Positions 20,549 to 28,712 of a stretch of DNA of 64,000 nucleotides are shown piece by piece (the stretch's first letter is position 1; each line of letters opens with the position of its first letter). The DNA is from a virus (Duplodnaviria; Caudoviricetes). The position numbers were made by a program, and so were the translations under genes. Below the pieces are notes generated by a model, which was not told the DNA's origin, did no database searches, and worked only from the letters and a program-made list of their open reading frames with translations. The stretch spans positions 1 through 64,000 of the IMG/VR virus record IMGVR_UViG_2847060657_000007; one strand, 5' to 3'.

Positions 20549-21544
20549 TTATTTTTTTGCATTGGCGAGGATTTCTTCTGGGATGAGACTGATGCCATGC
20601 TCTGTGAGTTTGTACCAAACATAAGCCTGTGATTTAGATAAGTGACTTGGGGTTGGGTAAATGGGTGATACATCACCGATGTTTAGGTAGATGACTTTTT
20701 TAGTCATGCGGTCTTGGTAATAACCCGATACAGTCGCAGGTTGTCCTTCTTGGATGATGCAGGTTTCATCGTATTTGGGTGAGGTGGTTGGTGGGCTATT
20801 TTGAGAGGCAACAAAGGCGGCAGCACTCTCTGGGGTGATGCCAAGATTGTCTACCACCCTGTTAATGTCCATCATAATCTCAAAGGGTTCTAACTGCGTG
20901 ATAAAGTTAATATATTCAAAGATATTAACCTTTTGGACATTTTGCAGAAGTTGCTTACCACCCAAGGCGATGGCTGGTACAAAGGCATACATCTCATCTT
21001 CTTTGAGTTTGCCATAACTGGCAAGACAGCGGTTAAAGAGAGGGGTGTGGTGGATGTCGGTTAAATCATAGGATTTTTCACCTCCAATCTCCCTAATAGC
21101 ACCATTAACCTCTACAACTATGTTAATGGCGTGTTGTCTTTGCGTTAGTTGGCGATTGTCTTCAATAGCTGGAAAAATACGAATATAATCCAAGACAATG
21201 GTTAAATGAGACCTGGTGTACCTACCCATTACCTTCAACTCCCCAAACGCCGTTCTACCCAGCACATACCAATCATCGTGGGCATAAAACGGCGTGGGTT
21301 TTAAAATCTCATCCAGCAGGTCAGCATAATCATCAGGATTCACAAGCCAAAATCCGCCATCATCAAAACAAGCAAAGCCGATTTGTTCCCAAAGATACCA
21401 TAAAGGTCTTGGAAAAAAATCACCATAGGTCTTGATAAAGGCTTGGGTGGGTTTGGCACCTGTTTCTATTTTGATGTTTTGTGATTGCCAGTACTTCAAG
21501 TACTCATCAACTTTTTGCTTAGCATCTAATTCTAAGTCCTGCAT
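20549..21544 (-). CDS. Second Tdi1-like immunity protein (orphan)
   Basis: Paralog of 14825-15817; C-terminal half identical, two N-terminal blocks divergent; cognate toxin reduced to a remnant. Confidence 0.85.
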   Translation of the reverse strand: MQDLELDAKQKVDEYLKYWQSQNIKIETGAKPTQAFIKTYGDFFPRPLWYLWEQIGFACFDDGGFWLVNPDDYADLLDEILKPTPFYAHDDWYVLGRTAFGELKVMGRYTRSHLTIVLDYIRIFPAIEDNRQLTQRQHAINIVVEVNGAIREIGGEKSYDLTDIHHTPLFNRCLASYGKLKEDEMYAFVPAIALGGKQLLQNVQKVNIFEYINFITQLEPFEIMMDINRVVDNLGITPESAAAFVASQNSPPTTSPKYDETCIIQEGQPATVSGYYQDRMTKKVIYLNIGDVSPIYPTPSHLSKSQAYVWYKLTEHGISLIPEEILANAKK

Positions 21545-21693
21545 TATTTACACCTCTCTAATTTAACATTCATACGAGTGTTGGCTCGCTCACTTTCAGG
21601 AATTGCTTTGATGGCTTCATCAATAGCACCCACTCGGGTACGCTCTCTGTCCGATGGGTCTATTGTAGCATCATCAGGCACATTTTTCCACAG
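21544..21693 (-). pseudogene. Remnant C-terminal ~49 codons of an Ntox15 toxin variant
   Basis: Translates LWKNVPDDATIDPSDRERTRVGAIDEAIKAIPESERANTRMNVKLERCK*, aligning with the end of 15817-17493 (TRIDAID...TRMNVKLQRCK); in-frame TAG immediately upstream. Confidence 0.8.
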
Positions 21694-21799
21694 CTAGCAA
21701 ACAACGGTTGCACATTTCGCTATTTTTTTCAATTTCGTGGACTGTTTTTTATCGGTGTAATTTTAGGATTTTTATCCCACTCATTAAAAATACGATACT

Positions 21800-22408
21800 T
21801 TAAGAGTAATGCCAGCCAATTTTTTCTTTTGCATGCAATGTGAAGCTTGCCCCCGACAAAAAGTTTTCTATTGCAGGTTGCAGAAAAGGATATTTGGTTG
21901 CCAAAACTTTATACCTAGCTCTCAACTCAGAACTCCAATAATAAGAACCGGTTGGCATAAATGCAAAACCATTCGCCACACAATCATATATGTATCTCTC
22001 TATTGTTTTTTTAAAATTATCTTTATTAACATCTAATTTTTCCAATAGATTCTCCAAAAAATCTATTTGATTTTTTGGAGGAATTTTGCATGATACTGCT
22101 AATGCAATATCAAGCTGTTCTTGAGAAAATGACTTTTTTTCAAAAAATTCTAATATAGATTTTTTATAATAAATAGGGTTCTCATAAATACTTGCATAAA
22201 GTGTATCTGTATTCAGATTGGTGTAGTGTGAACTAACCTCATTCTCTAGAGCCAAATAAGAAATTTGATTTGCAAAAAAATCCTCAACCATTCTTGTTGT
22301 ATAGACATCATTTTGCTCTTTAAAAGAAATTAAAGGGTAAATTAGAATTGCAAACAATAAATATATACACATCAATGTTACAAAAATCAATATTTTACCT
22401 TTGAACAT
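21800..22408 (-). CDS. Putative membrane-anchored immunity protein
   Basis: Start at MFKGKIL with GGAGG RBS; N-terminal TM helix; overlaps the amidase stop. Confidence 0.6.
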   Translation of the reverse strand: MFKGKILIFVTLMCIYLLFAILIYPLISFKEQNDVYTTRMVEDFFANQISYLALENEVSSHYTNLNTDTLYASIYENPIYYKKSILEFFEKKSFSQEQLDIALAVSCKIPPKNQIDFLENLLEKLDVNKDNFKKTIERYIYDCVANGFAFMPTGSYYWSSELRARYKVLATKYPFLQPAIENFLSGASFTLHAKEKIGWHYS

Positions 22409-23369
22409 TTTTATGCCTCCTAAATGCATCAAATACATGTTTGTCTGAATCCCTAAATCCAGCGTCATTAACTAAAATTTTATGTTCGCCAGCAGAGATG
22501 GTTACCCCTTCCGTAATTACGAAACCAGTGTGTCCTGTGGCGTTGCTATAATTAGCCTTATACGAACCTATGTCTCCAGGTTTGGGGGCGCTAAAATAAT
22601 CCCATCTCGCAGTTAATTTTGTTTTGTCAGCCCAATCCGATGCAAGAGGTGGACCATACTTGGATGTATAGCCTGGAATATATTGACCCACTCCTCTTTC
22701 TAACCATGGGGGTGCAAACTCAGGAGCAGTTAATATCAAAATATCATTAACAAACTGACTGCACTTCCATGCTCCAGCTGGAACAAGATAAGTATTATTG
22801 CCTTGTAATGTGGGGTGCACTGAAGTTTTGCTAACACCCTTAGCCCAAATTGTACTATTTCTATATTTTAAAGCTGTATCCAAAATTCTTTTGGGAATAT
22901 CATTTAAATAGACAGTAACATTAGCCTCACTGTCTTGCTTCTGATTATTTATAATAGTTCTTTTTATGTAGGTTATCTGATATAAACCCTCATCTACCGT
23001 AAATATTAAATCTTCTTTTGAGCGATCTGGTGTCAAAGGAAGATTTATTCTTAACCAAGAACTTGTTATCTTATAAATGTTGTTTTTATTTAATATGACA
23101 GGTTGTTTTTCACCAATCTGTTTATACTGAATAGTATTTCTTGCTCGATTGGTATCAGTTATGATGTAAAAGGTAATATAAAGCTCACCATTTTCTCTAA
23201 TTCTTCCAGGACCAATAGGTATTTGTATAATACCGTTTCTATCAGAAGTGCCAAGCTTTAATTTTTCCTTAGTAATTGCTGCTTCACCTGAAAATTCACA
23301 GAAGAATTCTAGGTTGTTGATTGGATTATTTAGTCTGTCATGAAATATACATTTAATTTTTGTAGACAT
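22395..23369 (-). CDS. Cys-His papain-fold (CHAP/NlpC-P60-like) amidase effector
   Basis: WKCSQFV...PKPGDI...TGHTGFV; start MSTKIKC with GAGGAG RBS 4 nt after the vgrG3 stop; N-terminal FHD..NNPI motif resembles the LysM-carrier N-terminus. Confidence 0.7.
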   Translation of the reverse strand: MSTKIKCIFHDRLNNPINNLEFFCEFSGEAAITKEKLKLGTSDRNGIIQIPIGPGRIRENGELYITFYIITDTNRARNTIQYKQIGEKQPVILNKNNIYKITSSWLRINLPLTPDRSKEDLIFTVDEGLYQITYIKRTIINNQKQDSEANVTVYLNDIPKRILDTALKYRNSTIWAKGVSKTSVHPTLQGNNTYLVPAGAWKCSQFVNDILILTAPEFAPPWLERGVGQYIPGYTSKYGPPLASDWADKTKLTARWDYFSAPKPGDIGSYKANYSNATGHTGFVITEGVTISAGEHKILVNDAGFRDSDKHVFDAFRRHKNVQR

Positions 23370-23373
23370 ATTA

Positions 23374-26217
23374 TCATTCCTCCTCGTCTGAAACAATATG
23401 AATAATACTCCATCCTTGACCTTCATCTCCTACATAAGCATAAATAGCCTCATCACTGTCTTGCCTATATATTGCGGTCAAACCATCTGAATTGGCAGAA
23501 CCTTTTAGGATTAATACACCTTCTTCTGAATGAATCCTGTAATCTTTGCTTATAAATGCTTTTTCGGTGTTATTATCAAGGATTTTCATTGCAACATGAT
23601 ACCCATTTTTCATGGGTAAATTATCAGGCAAGCATACCTGCCTAGAAATAACCCTCTCACCCCCCTCCATCACCTTCTCATTACTCTTGACTTGAAACAC
23701 CCCAGGTGTTGTGATAAACACGCCTTGTTCGTTCATTTTAAACTCAGAACCACAGATGTTGATGGATAATTGAGTGGGGCTTGTGATTTGGATTTTACCT
23801 TCTGTTGAGATAATCTCTATGTTGTCTTTGGCGATGTGTTTGATTTGACCATCTTGAGCTTGTAGTTCTATGTCGTCTTTGGCGGTGTAGTGCTTAATGC
23901 CTCCTGTTTGGACAAAGACTCTGATGCCGTTTTGGACGGTTAGGTTATATTTTGAGGTGGTGGCAAGGCTTAGGTCTTTGTTTGTGGTGATGGCAAGGTT
24001 GTTGTCGGTGGTGATGTGAATGTTTTGTTTGGCAGTCAGACTCATGCCCGCCAGTGAGGCAAGGGCAATATGTGGGTTTGATAGCTCTGGATGACTTAGG
24101 GTGTCATCTGAGTCGTCATCATGGTGATTGGCATGGTCTACACCCTCCCCTGTCATGCTTGTGTTAAGCTCATCTAAGGTGGGCATGAGCGTGTCATCCA
24201 AGGCTCGCTCTTCGCATTGTGCTTGGATGCTACTTTGTATGAGTGATGAGTGGGTGCTTGTGGCATTCTGTAGCTGAGCTGTGGTCTCTTTAATGTCTTT
24301 GATGTGACTTGTGGCATGTGGCCTCCCATGCGTGGTAATCACCATGCCTTTATCTGCTCTTATCACCCCATGTCCATCAGTTCTTACCTCAAAGCCCTCG
24401 CCTCGGTATTCACCTCGTCCTTGGGGGGTGGTAAGACGTCTGATGTGTCCTAGGTTAATCTCGGTGTGTAGGTGGTCGGATTTTAGGTGGGTTTGGAGTT
24501 TGTCTTTAGTGTCATCCATGATGAGTTGGTTGGATTTGTCTCCCCCATACTCTTTGGAGCGGATGCCAGAGAGGACTTTTTCATGAGGGAGGGTGTATAG
24601 AGGCATGTTGTTTGGATTGGTCAAAGAGCCTGCCACATAGGGCATGTCAGGATTGCCTCCAAAGAAGTCAATGATGACCTCTTGGCCTGCTCTGGGCAGT
24701 GCAATGTGCCCATAGTGATCTCCTGCCCAGGTACTGGCGACACGAAGATAGCAGGTGTTTATCTGACTTAGGTCATCTTTGTCATCACCGGTGCGATTGT
24801 CTACAAGGTGTCTTTGGGCGAGTGTGGGTTTGTCCCAGTGGAACTTAACTTTGATGCGACCGTATTGGTCGGTGTGTATCTCTTCACCTTCTTGGGCGAC
24901 GACAGTGGCGGTTTGGGTGCGGGCAGGGGGTCTTGGGCAGGGGGTTGTGGGTACAAGCGGATGTGTGGCAGGGTATGCAGTAAAGCTTGTATCAGCGGTG
25001 TAGTACTGATGGGTGTTGTTGTCTTCATCGATGGGTTTGATGCTCATCTGTAAGGCGTAGACGACCCAGTCGGTATTCATGCTTTGATGAGGGTGACCTG
25101 TTAGGGTAAATAAGTGGGCAACCTGTATGCCCTTTAGTCTGCCATGTGCGGTGGCACTTAGGCTTTGATGCCGATAAGCGGCGGTGAGCTGTTCGTTTTT
25201 TGTGGCTAGCTCATCACCCCCTGCTCGTCTGCCTTGATGCCATTCATAGCGTTGTAGGTGATGGATGAGTGCTTGATGTGGTTTGTGTGTGTCAGTTTGC
25301 ACCCCTTTTATGGTATCATGAGCCATTAGGGGTTCATTAGGGGCTTTAAACTGATAATCAGATAAGAGACTTTGGGCACAGGTCAGTCTGCTTTTGGGGG
25401 TAAAGTGTTCTAGGTATTCAGCATACGCTGGCATACGCTGATTGGGCAGGTTGAGTGTTAGGGTGTCATAAAAGGGATTGGCGTGTCTTTTTAGGTGACT
25501 GACATGGTCGGTGATGATTAGGGTGTGATTGTCTTTGGTGTGTTCAAAGTAAAAGCTGATGCCATGCTCACTCATAAGGCGAGTGATGAATGCGTGGTCT
25601 GATTCGTCATATTGGGTTTGGTAGTCTTGTTTAGGATAGTCATGGGTGAGTTCAAACTGCCAAGGATAAGGGTAGCAGGATAACACCTCTTCGATGATTT
25701 GTGGGATGGATTTGTGTTGGTGGATGTGATAGTTATTTGTTTTGGTGAGTAGGTAAGTCCATGGAGATAAGGTGAGTTCATAGACGGCATGCCTGTTGTG
25801 TGTGGTGAGTTTGGCACAGCCGGTGATGATGCCATGTCTTGTGACTTGTCCTGTGATGGTCCTATCATCGATGGGGTGTTTGTCATTTAAGTCAAGGGAT
25901 ATGCCTAAGGGCGTGCCGATGAGGGCGGTTAGGTCTAAGTGAGAGGCGACGCTTTGGTAGGAGATGGTGTCTTGGTGGGGGGTAGCCTCTTTGGGGTGGA
26001 TGATACTGCCATGATAAGCTTCAAAACTGACATAACCTTCTAGTCCCTCTATACCATGGGCAGGGTTGCCATGTTCGTCTTTGGCTTTGACGATGAGTTT
26101 GTATTCAAACAGTCCGTTGATACTCTCTACCCCTTGTAAGCTGTCGAACCATAGATAAGGAGTGCCAGATACACTTTTGGGCAGATAAACAGAGTGTAGA
26201 TGAGCACGATGGTTCAT
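23374..26217 (-). CDS. vgrG: VgrG (copy 3)
   Basis: Identical core; distinct tip after EGGERV (ILDNNTEKAFISKDYRI...GSANSDG). Confidence 0.95.
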   Translation of the reverse strand: MNHRAHLHSVYLPKSVSGTPYLWFDSLQGVESINGLFEYKLIVKAKDEHGNPAHGIEGLEGYVSFEAYHGSIIHPKEATPHQDTISYQSVASHLDLTALIGTPLGISLDLNDKHPIDDRTITGQVTRHGIITGCAKLTTHNRHAVYELTLSPWTYLLTKTNNYHIHQHKSIPQIIEEVLSCYPYPWQFELTHDYPKQDYQTQYDESDHAFITRLMSEHGISFYFEHTKDNHTLIITDHVSHLKRHANPFYDTLTLNLPNQRMPAYAEYLEHFTPKSRLTCAQSLLSDYQFKAPNEPLMAHDTIKGVQTDTHKPHQALIHHLQRYEWHQGRRAGGDELATKNEQLTAAYRHQSLSATAHGRLKGIQVAHLFTLTGHPHQSMNTDWVVYALQMSIKPIDEDNNTHQYYTADTSFTAYPATHPLVPTTPCPRPPARTQTATVVAQEGEEIHTDQYGRIKVKFHWDKPTLAQRHLVDNRTGDDKDDLSQINTCYLRVASTWAGDHYGHIALPRAGQEVIIDFFGGNPDMPYVAGSLTNPNNMPLYTLPHEKVLSGIRSKEYGGDKSNQLIMDDTKDKLQTHLKSDHLHTEINLGHIRRLTTPQGRGEYRGEGFEVRTDGHGVIRADKGMVITTHGRPHATSHIKDIKETTAQLQNATSTHSSLIQSSIQAQCEERALDDTLMPTLDELNTSMTGEGVDHANHHDDDSDDTLSHPELSNPHIALASLAGMSLTAKQNIHITTDNNLAITTNKDLSLATTSKYNLTVQNGIRVFVQTGGIKHYTAKDDIELQAQDGQIKHIAKDNIEIISTEGKIQITSPTQLSINICGSEFKMNEQGVFITTPGVFQVKSNEKVMEGGERVISRQVCLPDNLPMKNGYHVAMKILDNNTEKAFISKDYRIHSEEGVLILKGSANSDGLTAIYRQDSDEAIYAYVGDEGQGWSIIHIVSDEEE

Positions 26218-26401
26218 GGGGGTATCTCCTTATGGGCAAGATGTCATGTGTGTGATGTGTGTGGTATATATTTCTGGGCTGTGTTGAACAGGCATGCAGG
26301 GTTAATGAGAATGATTTAGGAGTGATTGGATTTTAGCATGGGGGGTGGGAGGGGTCAAGGGGGTGAAAAAATTTGCTTGATTGTTGGAAAAGACAGTTGA
26401 T

Positions 26402-26430
26402 GAAAAGCGTCCAAACAGGAACGCTTTTCA
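26402..26430. terminator. Possible intrinsic terminator after the DUF3396 gene
   Basis: TGAAAAGCGT-N10-ACGCTTTTCA perfect 10-bp arms at 26401-26430, about 40 nt past the stop at 26469. Confidence 0.45.
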
Positions 26431-26468
26431 AATTTAAGAAAATAAAATCAAAAGGTTTTGTATTACAA

Positions 26469-27764
26469 TTATAACACTTCCACCAAAGTCCAAGTAATTT
26501 CCATCGCCTCCACAGTACGCCAGTTTGCATCCATATGAATGAAATAAGGGGCAATGTCACCTTTTTTAAGGACGACATATTGGCGGTAGTCAATGAGTTG
26601 TCCGTCATATTCGTTGATATTGTGGTATCTAAACTGACCACGATTATAATCATACTCGTCTAAATAAATATAACGCCCATCTTGCTGACAAACTTCCCCT
26701 GTCTTGACAGCAATCACATCGCCTGTTTCTGACTTAATAGGCTCTGCGGTAATGTCAGGTTTGCTTTTTTGGGGGAAAGCTCGCCATAAATTAGGATTAT
26801 CAAAGCGTCTTAGCCATAGGTCAGTGAAGTAGGCGTTAAAGGTTTGGTAGCCGATACCACCGTCATATTCGTTCATTCCCCCCAAAGAACCATAATGTCC
26901 ATTTCGCATCGGACGACAAATGTCATTAACATCCAAATAACTTTGTGGAATAGGCTCATCAACTGGTAACAGCTGTGGCACTTCATCGGCAATCAAGAGT
27001 ACGCCATTATCGTATAATTTATGCTCCACTGACTTGGTAATTACTTGTTCTAACAATTTACCTCTACCACCAATACGCTCTGCCAAATCATCACTGATAT
27101 AAGTCCACCAGTCAATGCCACGAATGCCGTGGTGCATAGCAACAGCATCCCAAGTACGAATTGGATTAATACCAAAAAATTTTTTACATTGATTTAAGAA
27201 ATCTAGCCCATATTCCTTTTCGTAACCAATCGCCGTTCCCCAACCCATATAAGCAAAATAAGGATTGAGTTTATAGACACAGTAGTTAAACAAATTGATG
27301 ATATGACCGTGTTTATCTAGGTCAAAAAAATCTGCCCTATCCACCCGAAATCTAAGCTGGCTAATATTTTCAAGTTGCCAGTCTCGTTCAGTCAGACAAA
27401 ACAGCTCATAAGGCACCGCTTCTTGCATGAGCTTATGGTTGCCTGCTGACACAAACCATTCAATAACATCGTCTGGGTCTTTGCGTTCTTCTAGGATTTC
27501 GTTAAAGCTCGGTAATTTATCAAAGGGTTTTTCTGTCCATCTGCGGTTCTTGGAATTAAACCCCCAAGTGATATGCTCGCCAAAGAGTGCCATATACTGA
27601 CTGATACAATCTCTTAAATGCTCTCGTGTTTCTTGTAGGTGTCCATCTCTAAAAAATAAACAAGCGGTCAGATGTACATCATTAACGGTTACTTCTTTGC
27701 CGTCTATGATGTCATAGTAATGAAAGTCTTCTTTGTATTCGTTCATGTCGTTTAGGGTTTTCAT
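26469..27764 (-). CDS. DUF3396 / TsiV-like immunity protein
   Basis: HGIRGIDWWTYISDDLAERIGG and WLRRFD motifs; follows a VRR-NUC effector; GGAG RBS before MKTLND. Confidence 0.75.
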   Translation of the reverse strand: MKTLNDMNEYKEDFHYYDIIDGKEVTVNDVHLTACLFFRDGHLQETREHLRDCISQYMALFGEHITWGFNSKNRRWTEKPFDKLPSFNEILEERKDPDDVIEWFVSAGNHKLMQEAVPYELFCLTERDWQLENISQLRFRVDRADFFDLDKHGHIINLFNYCVYKLNPYFAYMGWGTAIGYEKEYGLDFLNQCKKFFGINPIRTWDAVAMHHGIRGIDWWTYISDDLAERIGGRGKLLEQVITKSVEHKLYDNGVLLIADEVPQLLPVDEPIPQSYLDVNDICRPMRNGHYGSLGGMNEYDGGIGYQTFNAYFTDLWLRRFDNPNLWRAFPQKSKPDITAEPIKSETGDVIAVKTGEVCQQDGRYIYLDEYDYNRGQFRYHNINEYDGQLIDYRQYVVLKKGDIAPYFIHMDANWRTVEAMEITWTLVEVL

Positions 27765-27791
27765 GGGTTTCTCCAAAAAAAGAAAGGGGTG

Positions 27792-28712
27792 CTAGTGTGA
27801 ACCTGCATAGGTAAGACCTGCTCCTAATACCACAAAGCCCGTTGCTGGCGTGCCACCGATAGAAACCACGATGGCTACCGTCACAACTGCCGCACCAAAA
27901 GCAATTTGAGCAATGGTAGGCTTACTTATAAATTTAGGCAAAGGAACATTGTTAGTATAGGTATTTTGTACACTTGCGTAACGAGGTGTTAAAAACAATG
28001 AGTTAAAATCTGTTCGCAGTCTAATAGCTGTGATATATTCTGCATAGGGTCGTGTTCTGGGGTCAATTTTACGAACACCGCAATGACAATCAACTTCTTT
28101 AAGCTCTCTAAATTTATTGGGACCTGCAATTATTTCGTAAGCTTCCCTTTGCTCATCACTCAACTTATCCCCCTCAAACTTAATTTCTACAACTGTATCA
28201 ATATTTTCTTGTGTGGGAATAAATTGCTTTAAATCCGCTTGACTGCCTTTGCCTTCTGCAAATTTTTTAACCAAGTTGGCAACCTCTGTATCACTAACTT
28301 TTAGGATAATACAATCAGGAATTCTAAGGTTGCCTTTAATACCCACTCCCTCCTCTATTTCTCTGATGGCAGCCCCCAAAGGGAAACGGCTAGGGCGTAA
28401 TCCCTCTCCCGCCTTATTGCTCATCAAGGGTGTTGGTGGCTCTCGGTTCATCAAATAGCCTACTTCCGCCTTAAATCGCCATAGATTTAGGTGAAAATCC
28501 TCATCCTTCCAAATATTTTCTGTACAAGCTCTTTGCTTTAATGAGTAGCCTGCTAGACTTACTTTTGGAAACTCTTTTGCAATACAAATATGCGTACACA
28601 GATAAGTTTTATCATTACCCTCACCAAGCTGAACAATAACGCCTTGCTTTTGTTTTGTCGGTTTTGTGATAGATGCCTTGGTTCTTGGCGTTGCTCCACT
28701 ACTTCTCCCCAC
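27792..28712 (-). CDS. VRR-NUC (PD-D/ExK) nuclease effector, TseV-like
   Basis: RIPDCII...VVEIKFEGDKLSDEQREAYEIIAG; hydrophobic C-terminal helix; overlaps the vgrG4 stop. Confidence 0.8.
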   Translation of the reverse strand: MGRSSGATPRTKASITKPTKQKQGVIVQLGEGNDKTYLCTHICIAKEFPKVSLAGYSLKQRACTENIWKDEDFHLNLWRFKAEVGYLMNREPPTPLMSNKAGEGLRPSRFPLGAAIREIEEGVGIKGNLRIPDCIILKVSDTEVANLVKKFAEGKGSQADLKQFIPTQENIDTVVEIKFEGDKLSDEQREAYEIIAGPNKFRELKEVDCHCGVRKIDPRTRPYAEYITAIRLRTDFNSLFLTPRYASVQNTYTNNVPLPKFISKPTIAQIAFGAAVVTVAIVVSIGGTPATGFVVLGAGLTYAGSH

